A DNA stretch of 64,000 bases, taken from the NCBI GenBank assembly GCA_965552135.1, contig CBEVQY010000007.1, positions 15,081-79,080 on the forward strand. Direction: 5' to 3'. The stretch comes from an uncultured bacterium (GTDB taxonomy: Bacteria > UBP14 > UBA6098 > B30-G16). The notes below the pieces were generated by a model that did not search any database, was not told the DNA's origin, and saw only the letters and a list, made by a program, of their open reading frames with translations. The translations under genes were made by a program, and so were the position numbers. This document shows, piece after piece, positions 57,650 through 64,000 of this stretch; the stretch's first letter is position 1; the number at the start of each line of letters is the position of its first letter.

Positions 57650-58754
57650 AGCGCGCCAGAAACGAGCGCCTGAAGACCACCGCCCCGACGGGGCAGATCT
57701 CATGGCAGCAGAGGCACCTTATGCACCGCCTGTAGTCGAAGGAGGGGGGTTTTTCTGCGTCCATCGTTATTGCGTTTGTTGGGCAGCTTCGGGCGCATTC
57801 GCCGCAGCGGGTGCACCTTTCGGCGTCGACGCCGGGGTATATCTGCACAAACCTCCCCAGCGCCCGTCCGAGCCACGAGGGAACTAGCCGCATCGCCCAG
57901 TTGGAGGGTATGCGGAAGTCGTTTACTTCGACGGCGTTTTCGTCGAGCCAGACCGCCTTTGCCTCGGGGACGAGCCCGCGCCTGCGGAGCTCGGCGCATA
58001 TCGGCGACGGCTTGGGAAGACCGACGAGCCTTTCGAGGAGGTCGTCCATTGCGGCGATGTCGCGCGAGACCGCCAGAAGCCCGATCTGCCTGATCCTCCC
58101 CGACGACGGTCCGTTGCCGTCCATCCCGACGATGCCGTCGACCACGCCGAAGAGGATCTTTTCGCGAACGCGCTCGAAAAGCTCCGCCAAAAGCCACGAA
58201 AAACGCCGCGGCGAAGGATAGAGCTTGTGATACTCCGCCTTCATAAAGCCAGGGATGAGCCCGTAGAGGTTCTTCACCGAAAGCGTTGTGAGGGTGAGGG
58301 AGTGCGTTTTTAGCTTCGCCACGGGGACTATCCAGTCGACCTCGTCGACTATGCTTGTAAGGATTAGCGTTTCGCCGTCGGGGAGGGGTATTTTTTTGAC
58401 GCCCGCAGTCTCCAGGGGGACGATCTCTACGCCGAGTTTTTCGGCGACAGCGAGCATCCCTGTGTTCTCGAACACGCGCCGTGTTCCCCTTATGGCGCCG
58501 CCGGGCGAGTCGGATATCAGCGGTTTGGCTCCCGCCTCGATAAGAAGCTCGACCAAAGCCCCAACGACCGCAGGGTGTGTGGTAACCGCCTGCTCCGGTC
58601 TGCGCGCGGAAAGGAGATTTGGCTTGACCAGAACCTTTGCGCCTTTTCTTAGCCCCTCCAAAGCTTTGGCGGCGCGGAGGAGCCTGCCCAGAACCTCGCC
58701 TACGTCCTCATCGGCGTAGCTTGTGCAGCGACCTAAGAAGACCAAAGCCTCCAT
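57639..58754 (-). CDS. DUF362 protein with C-terminal 2x[4Fe-4S] domain
   Basis: VLVKPNLL, TTHPAVV, KLKTH, KNLYG, GMDGNGP, two CxxCxxCxxxCP. Confidence 0.88.
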   Translation of the reverse strand: MEALVFLGRCTSYADEDVGEVLGRLLRAAKALEGLRKGAKVLVKPNLLSARRPEQAVTTHPAVVGALVELLIEAGAKPLISDSPGGAIRGTRRVFENTGMLAVAEKLGVEIVPLETAGVKKIPLPDGETLILTSIVDEVDWIVPVAKLKTHSLTLTTLSVKNLYGLIPGFMKAEYHKLYPSPRRFSWLLAELFERVREKILFGVVDGIVGMDGNGPSSGRIRQIGLLAVSRDIAAMDDLLERLVGLPKPSPICAELRRRGLVPEAKAVWLDENAVEVNDFRIPSNWAMRLVPSWLGRALGRFVQIYPGVDAERCTRCGECARSCPTNAITMDAEKPPSFDYRRCIRCLCCHEICPVGAVVFRRSFLARFIR

Positions 58755-58830
58755 CGCAGCAGCCCGCAGAAATTGATTTGAGTTTATACACAAAATTAGT
58801 AAGTTTTCCTGTGGGGAAAAGTTTTTAGCG

Positions 58831-59223
58831 ATGCCCAGGCGGGGTAAAAAGAGCTTTTGGCTTCCCTTTTTGAGCAAGCTTTTGTGGGCTTTTCTTTTCT
58901 CGACCGCACTTATACTTGCCACTCCCACCCCGGAGCGCGACACGGGCGTCCCGCAGGAGCGCCCACAGGTGCAAAGCCTCCTGCCAACGCCACGGGGATA
59001 CAAAAAGTTTATAAGATACCTCACCCAAAACGGGTATCAGATCATAAGGGATGATCTCCCGCTTTTTGTGGAGGTGAAGAAGCGCCAGGTTGAGGGGAAC
59101 CCCGTCGACGTTGCGAGTGAGCTTGCGCGGGTTGGGTACGAGATGACGGGTGAGCGGGTCAAGGTGATCCTGCGCACGTGGGGTGGCAAGTACATAGGCG
59201 AGTACAGACCGGAGGGCGAATAG
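58831..59223 (+). CDS. Hypothetical membrane-anchored protein
   Basis: N-terminal TM, 130 aa, AT-rich upstream region. Confidence 0.55.
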   Translation: MPRRGKKSFWLPFLSKLLWAFLFSTALILATPTPERDTGVPQERPQVQSLLPTPRGYKKFIRYLTQNGYQIIRDDLPLFVEVKKRQVEGNPVDVASELARVGYEMTGERVKVILRTWGGKYIGEYRPEGE

Positions 59224-59278
59224 CCGTTTTTTGCATCCGCCGCCTGCCGGCGCCTCACCCTTGGTGCGTTTGCGGCTT

Positions 59279-59563
59279 TTAGAACCTTATTTCGAAGGTA
59301 TGGAACTCGTCGGTTGGCGGGAGCCATTCGACGTCGACCTTCGTGACGATCCCCGCTGGCGGTCCCTTCTTTATGGCGGAAAGGAGCTTCTCGAGGTCCT
59401 GGGGCTTCCCCTGCGCTTCGACTTCGACCGAGCCGTCGGCGAGGTTGCGAACGTAGCCCACAACGTTGTTCCTCTGCGCCTCGTGCCTGACGAACCACCT
59501 GAACCCAACGCCCTGGACCACACCGTAAACCCTCGCCCTGAAACGCCTTATCTCCTCGCCCAT
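59279..59563 (-). CDS. acyP: Acylphosphatase
   Basis: VYGVVQGVGFR, GYVRNLADGSVE, GPP. Confidence 0.95.
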   Translation of the reverse strand: MGEEIRRFRARVYGVVQGVGFRWFVRHEAQRNNVVGYVRNLADGSVEVEAQGKPQDLEKLLSAIKKGPPAGIVTKVDVEWLPPTDEFHTFEIRF

Positions 59564-59647
59564 ATCCAGAACCCCTCCGAATATCCGAAGCCCCTCCGCT
59601 TTGTGCTCCAGGTCTTCCCTGAACCCTGGCTTTCCGCTTGCGCTTTG

Positions 59648-60130
59648 TTAGGGCTTCTGCGCCGCCTTGAGCCCCTCAAGCGCCTTGGCGACAGCCTCCT
59701 CAGGCGTTTCGGCTACCTCAACGCCCTCAAGCTCGAACGAGGATATGACGACGACCCTCTTCCCGAGGTTTTTTGCCAAGGCTATCTCGGACAGCGTTCC
59801 CCATTTTCCGTCGATTGCGATGGCTACATCGCCGCACCTTGCCACAAGCGCGTTGCGCGCAACCCCAAGTCCGGTGGGTATTGGTATGTCGACGAACGGG
59901 TTTGCGTCGGCGCGGCTTTCCGTCGGCAATATCCCGACGACGACTCCGCCCGCAAGCTTTGCGCCTTTAGCCACGGCTTCCATCACGCCGCCGAGTCCGC
60001 CGCACACGACGACGGCGCCACGCCTTGCCAAAAGCTCGCCGACGCGCTCCGCTGTGGCGTAAATCTCGGCGGTTGCGCTGTGACCACCGAAGACCGAAAC
60101 CCAGGGCGCGTTTCGGACGTCCTCGAGCAT
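59648..60130 (-). CDS. TIGR00725/LOG-like Rossmann nucleotide-binding protein
   Basis: CGGLGGVMEA..KGA, GILP, ARN, GKWGTLSEI. Confidence 0.88.
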   Translation of the reverse strand: MLEDVRNAPWVSVFGGHSATAEIYATAERVGELLARRGAVVVCGGLGGVMEAVAKGAKLAGGVVVGILPTESRADANPFVDIPIPTGLGVARNALVARCGDVAIAIDGKWGTLSEIALAKNLGKRVVVISSFELEGVEVAETPEEAVAKALEGLKAAQKP

Positions 60131-60150
60131 AGGGCGAAGCAAAACCTTTA

Positions 60151-60224
60151 TCGGGGCGCCCAGATTTGAACTGGGGACCTCTCGGACCCGAACCGAGCGC
60201 GCTACCAAACTGCGCCACGCCCCG
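60151..60224 (-). tRNA. tRNA-Pro(CGG), no encoded CCA
   Basis: CGGGGCG acceptor stem, anticodon arm CTCGG-TTCGGGT-CCGAG, GTTCAAATC T-loop. Confidence 0.97.
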
Positions 60225-60335
60225 AACAATTTTATTTTATCCTGCAACGCAGCCTTTGGCAAGGATTTTTCTTCACATATGCCGAAGCCTTTTTCTCTTG
60301 ACAGCTGCGCCGAGGCGTTGGAGTTTAAGATTGGG

Positions 60336-60737
60336 ATGCGAGGTGGGTGTTTAAAGCTTCTGTGTGCTTTTGCGGCGGTGGTTTTTCTTGTGGGTTGTGG
60401 TGGAGGCGGCGAGAGCCGCTCGGCGGAGGAGGAGTATCGCCGCTTCGTCAAGCAGCGGCAGAAGAGGCTTTTGGGTGTCGACCCCGATGTGCTGCGCAGG
60501 GCGCTTCAGCTCTACCCCAAGTACAAAGGCGAAGGGTTTGTGAAAAACTTCGACATGATGAGGTTCCGTCAGTTCGCCCGCGCCGAAAGCCTGAACTGCA
60601 TCGAATTCATTCCCGCGTTTCAGATCATAAGCGAGATCGAGGAAAGCTCCAAAACCGACTCGGGCAGGAAGTACCTCGAAGGCAGGTACAAACCCGAGCT
60701 TATAAGCGCCGTGCGGAAGAGTTTGGGGATAAAGTAG
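60336..60737 (+). CDS. Hypothetical lipoprotein
   Basis: Lipobox FLVGC. Confidence 0.65.
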   Translation: MRGGCLKLLCAFAAVVFLVGCGGGGESRSAEEEYRRFVKQRQKRLLGVDPDVLRRALQLYPKYKGEGFVKNFDMMRFRQFARAESLNCIEFIPAFQIISEIEESSKTDSGRKYLEGRYKPELISAVRKSLGIK

Positions 60738-60803
60738 TTTCTCTTTTTGCAAATTGCGAAGCGTTCCCGCCGGGCTTCGGGCTTTGTCTTCGCCCTCCGC
60801 GGC

Positions 60804-60819
60804 TGGCACAGAGGTTGCA
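60804..60819 (+). promoter_or_regulatory. Sigma54 (-24/-12) promoter of pilin gene
   Basis: TGGCACAGAGGTTGCA: GG-N10-GC consensus about 30 nt upstream of the pilin start. Confidence 0.8.
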
Positions 60820-60848
60820 TAATCGAAAGGGGGTGCAGGAGGTGCCGC

Positions 60849-61310
60849 GTGCTTCGCAGGAGAGGGTTTACGCTCATAGAGGTGATGATAGTCGTCGTCA
60901 TCGTTGGGATTCTTGCGGCGCTTGCTATACCGCGTTTCACGAGAGCCTCGATGAAGTCGAAGGTGAGCGAGGCAAGGACGATGCTCAAGCACATCTACGA
61001 GGCGGCTTTAGCCTATTACCAGGCGAAGGGTCGTTACCCGACCCCCCTTGGGGCGTGGGGAGGGATCTGGTTCTTCAACAACGCGAGCACGAAGAACACC
61101 AACTGGAATACGCTGCCGGGGCTTAACGTCGATCGCCCCAGCGGATATCCGCGCTTCACGTACGTTTACCTCTCGTGGGGCGGTGGCTCCCACTTCAGGG
61201 CGTTTGCGTGGGGTTGGGGACCCGACTCGTGGGACGCGCAGATGCGAAAAATAAACGACCTTATGATAGACGAGGAGGGCGTCATCTACGGCGGAACTCC
61301 CATGAATTAG
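60849..61310 (+). CDS. Type IV major pilin-like protein
   Basis: Prepilin cleavage RRRG/FTLIEVMIVVVIVGILAALAIP. Confidence 0.9.
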   Translation: MLRRRGFTLIEVMIVVVIVGILAALAIPRFTRASMKSKVSEARTMLKHIYEAALAYYQAKGRYPTPLGAWGGIWFFNNASTKNTNWNTLPGLNVDRPSGYPRFTYVYLSWGGGSHFRAFAWGWGPDSWDAQMRKINDLMIDEEGVIYGGTPMN

Positions 61311-61325
61311 GCTTGGGGGTTTGCT

Positions 61326-62585
61326 TTGTCGGATGTGGATTGCGTTCGCAGGCGAGGGGGGCGCTATTTTCTGGACGAAAGCTGTGTTTCTGCGGGAGGG
61401 GAGGCTTTTCGCAGCGCCGTGGACGCCGCAGCAAAGCTTTCCCGCCTCGGCTTTGAGGCGTACGTCGTGGGTGGTGCCCTGAGGGATGTGCTTTTGGGTC
61501 GTCGTCCCTCCGAGGCTGACGTTGCGACGAACGCCCCGCCCGAGGTCGTGCAGAGGGCGTTCCCCGGGGCGCGGCGGGTGTTTCCCAAAAGGTATTGCGT
61601 CTTTCGGCTTGCGGGGGAGGGTTGGGTCGTCGAGATAGCGCGCATGCGCCGCGACGTGGCGTCGTTCGGCAGGCAGGCGGAGGTCAGCTTCACGGACGAT
61701 CTGCGCGAGGACCTGGCGAGGCGCGACTTCACCGTAAACGCCATCGCCGCAAGCCCTGACCTTGAGATCGTCGACCTCTTCGGCGGCATAGACGACCTTA
61801 AGCGCGGGCTTGTGCGCACGATAGGCGACCCCGAAGTGCGCTTCGAGGAGGATCACGTAAGGCTCCTTCGCGCTGTGAGGTTTGCGGCACAGCTTGGTTT
61901 TGCCGTCGAGCCGTCGACGGCTGAAGCGCTGCGGAGGAAGGCGGTCCTTGCCGGGGATCTTTCGCCCCAGTGGGTATGGCGCGAGCTTGCGAAGGCGCTG
62001 CCGTATGCGCCGCGCTTCAAGGAGCTTTTCGTCGAGTTCCGCCTGTGGGATGCGCTGTTCGGCGACATCTTCACCGCGCGACCGAACCCGCGCGAGCTTT
62101 CGGATGCGCTTCGGGCTGGGGTCGGCGATGCCGCGCTTCTGAACCTTTTCTTCCTCGACAGGGCGCAGGGCTTCTTTTCGCGCATGGAGCGCCTCTGCGA
62201 GCGCGTCGAGTTTCCGCGCAGGCTGAGGCGCAGGATTCTGGCGGTGGCGGAGGTCTTCGAGGCGCTGCCCGTGTTCGAAAGGCTTCCCGCGGTGCGGCGG
62301 GTCGCCGTTTTGGAAAGCGACCTCCTCCGCGAGGCTCTCGCCGCCGCATCGGTCTGCGAGCTTTTGGGGGAGTATGCAGAAAGGCTTCGGGAGGGTTATC
62401 CCGCCCTTGGTTCTCCCCCGCTTGTTTTCGGCGGCGACGCTGAGGCGCTTGGGGTTCCGCCGCCGCTTCGGGCGGAGGCGCTTGCGCAGGTTAGGCTCGC
62501 GCAGCTTGCGGGAAGGATCTCGTCGCGCAGCGAGGCGATGCAGATGCTCAAGCGGGTTGGTGCAGGGCGCAGCGACAGGCGATAG
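61326..62585 (+). CDS. CCA-adding enzyme / poly(A) polymerase family nucleotidyltransferase
   Basis: VGGALRD, ADVAT, DLARRDFTVNA, RFEEDHVRLLRAVRF; start uncertain. Confidence 0.88.
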   Translation: MSDVDCVRRRGGRYFLDESCVSAGGEAFRSAVDAAAKLSRLGFEAYVVGGALRDVLLGRRPSEADVATNAPPEVVQRAFPGARRVFPKRYCVFRLAGEGWVVEIARMRRDVASFGRQAEVSFTDDLREDLARRDFTVNAIAASPDLEIVDLFGGIDDLKRGLVRTIGDPEVRFEEDHVRLLRAVRFAAQLGFAVEPSTAEALRRKAVLAGDLSPQWVWRELAKALPYAPRFKELFVEFRLWDALFGDIFTARPNPRELSDALRAGVGDAALLNLFFLDRAQGFFSRMERLCERVEFPRRLRRRILAVAEVFEALPVFERLPAVRRVAVLESDLLREALAAASVCELLGEYAERLREGYPALGSPPLVFGGDAEALGVPPPLRAEALAQVRLAQLAGRISSRSEAMQMLKRVGAGRSDRR

Positions 62586-62596
62586 CCGCGGATGGG

Positions 62597-63940
62597 TCAG
62601 GCGATGCCGTATTTCTTGAGCTTTTCCCGCAGCGTGTTCCTGTGGATTCCGAGGATCTTTGCCGCCTCGGACTGGTTGTTGTTGCAAAGCCTCAGGACGC
62701 GCAGGATGTGCTCCTTTTCGACCTCGGCGAGCGGTCGCAGGTCGACGGGGCTTTGGCTTTGTTGCTCGGTGGCGCCGCCCTCGCCGACGAGGAGCTCGGG
62801 CGTCAGGTACTCCGTTCTGGATAGGATCACTGCGCGCTCTATTGCGTTCCTGAGCTCGCGGACGTTGCCGGGCCAGGGATAGCGCAGCATGGCGTCTCGC
62901 GCCTCGGGCGTGAAGCCCTTGATCCCTTTCCCGTGCTTGCGCCGAAACTGCAACAGATACATCTCGGCGAGTTTCAGAAGGTCCTGGGGGCGCTCGCGAA
63001 GCGGCGGAATGCTTATCCGGATTATGTTGAGCCTGTAGAACAGGTCCTCTCTGAACGCGCCCTCTGCAACCAGCCTGTCGATGTCGCGGTTCGTCGCCGA
63101 TATTATCCTGACGTCGGGTTTGATGGGCTGTGTTCCGCCGAGCCTGTAGAACGTTCCGTCCTCGAGGAAGCGCAAAAGCTTTGCCTGCAGCGCCGGTGGA
63201 AAGTCGCCGATCTCGTCGAGGAAGGCGGTTCCGCCCGCCGCAAGCTCGAACTTGCCCGGCTGCCTGCGTCTGGCGCCGGTGAAGGCTCCGGGCTCGTAGC
63301 CGAAAAGCTCGCTTTCCAAAAGCGTTTCGGGGATGGCGGCGCAGTTTATCGCGACAAACGGCTTTTCGCTGCGCCTGCTGCCCTTGTGGATGAGCCTTGC
63401 CACAAGCTCTTTGCCCGTCCCGCTTTCGCCGGTGATGAGTACGGGCGCGTCGGTGGGCGCAACGCGCGCAACGATGCTTAAAATCTCCTTCATCTGCGGC
63501 GACTCGGCGACGACCTCCGCAGGAACCTGAGAGCTTACGGCGTCCATAAGGGCGCGGTTCTCGCGAACGATGTCCCTGTGCTCCACAAGCCGCCTGAGCG
63601 CAGCCTCAAGCTTGGCAAGATCAACGGGCTTCTCCATAAACTCCGATGCTCCAGCCTTGATCCCTTCCGCCGCCGCAGAGACGGTGCCGTAAGCCGTGAG
63701 TATCACGGCTCCCACGTCGGGGTCGATGGCGCGCAGGCGCCGCAGAAGCTCGATCCCGTCGCCGTCAGGAAGGCGTAGGTCGAGGATGGCGGCGTCGAAG
63801 CCACGCTTGGAGAACATATCTAACGCCTCGCCAACGGAGCCCGCAAGCTCAACGAAAAAACCACGCTTTCGGAGAAAACCGCCGAGAAGCTCCCTCTGCT
63901 CAACCTCGTCGTCGACTATTAAAACGCGGGGGCGACGCAT
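62597..63940 (-). CDS. Sigma54-dependent NtrC-family response regulator
   Basis: Receiver, GESGTGKE, GAFTGA, FLDEIGD, WPGNVREL, Fis-type HTH. Confidence 0.95.
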   Translation of the reverse strand: MRRPRVLIVDDEVEQRELLGGFLRKRGFFVELAGSVGEALDMFSKRGFDAAILDLRLPDGDGIELLRRLRAIDPDVGAVILTAYGTVSAAAEGIKAGASEFMEKPVDLAKLEAALRRLVEHRDIVRENRALMDAVSSQVPAEVVAESPQMKEILSIVARVAPTDAPVLITGESGTGKELVARLIHKGSRRSEKPFVAINCAAIPETLLESELFGYEPGAFTGARRRQPGKFELAAGGTAFLDEIGDFPPALQAKLLRFLEDGTFYRLGGTQPIKPDVRIISATNRDIDRLVAEGAFREDLFYRLNIIRISIPPLRERPQDLLKLAEMYLLQFRRKHGKGIKGFTPEARDAMLRYPWPGNVRELRNAIERAVILSRTEYLTPELLVGEGGATEQQSQSPVDLRPLAEVEKEHILRVLRLCNNNQSEAAKILGIHRNTLREKLKKYGIA

Positions 63941-63947
63941 AGCATGC

Positions 63948-64000
63948 TCACCTTACCAGCGTCACGGTGCCGTTGCAGATAACCTCGCCGTCGCGGATAA
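63948..64000 (-). CDS. C-terminal end of a protein with T9SS type-B (CHU_C-like) tail, partial
   Basis: Manual translation IRDGEVICNGTVTLVR-stop resembles the G.VTLxR ending of gliding-motility C-terminal domains; only 16 codons visible. Confidence 0.5.
   Translation of the reverse strand, partial: IRDGEVICNGTVTLVR

Noticed and set aside
60151..60224. tRNA-Pro or tRNA-Leu as integration site of the phage-like cluster
   Set aside because: No duplicated tRNA 3' end found by eye at either cluster boundary, and housekeeping genes intervene

Overview
GC-rich chromosomal window from a diderm bacterium. KdsB, an LptF/G permease, a PorX-like regulator, a partial T9SS type-B-like C-terminus and D-[ST]-hydrophobic-rich exported proteins point to an FCB-superphylum-like lineage (inference). 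Most of the window is housekeeping: sucC, GH57 glucanotransferase, kdsB, clpP, secG, dGTPase, bioY, buk, glnS, rpiB, accA, smpB, plsC, acyP, a CCA-adding-family enzyme, tRNA-Leu(CAG) and tRNA-Pro(CGG). Two accessory blocks stand out. (1) About 39.9-57.6 kb is an intact phage-derived head/packaging and lysis cluster (TerS-like, TerL, portal, scaffold, SU10/DUF5309-type capsid, head-completion genes, FN3/DNRLRE/BppU-like proteins, TcmP+DUF5131, amidase, holin candidate, degenerate transglycosylase). It has no recognisable integrase, replication, repressor, tape-measure or sheath gene and is interrupted by host-type genes, so it is a candidate domesticated GTA-like or capsid-only system. (2) About 26.8-33.9 kb, plus a paralog at 0.36-2.5 kb, is a TrmB-led operon of signal-peptide proteins built from tail-fibre-like modules. 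Smaller signals include a standalone MshEN c-di-GMP receptor, a sigma54-promoted aromatic-rich pilin near an NtrC-family regulator, and a SatD/DUF3307-like cassette with twin palindromic operators. All calls come from reading motifs by eye; no database searches were run.
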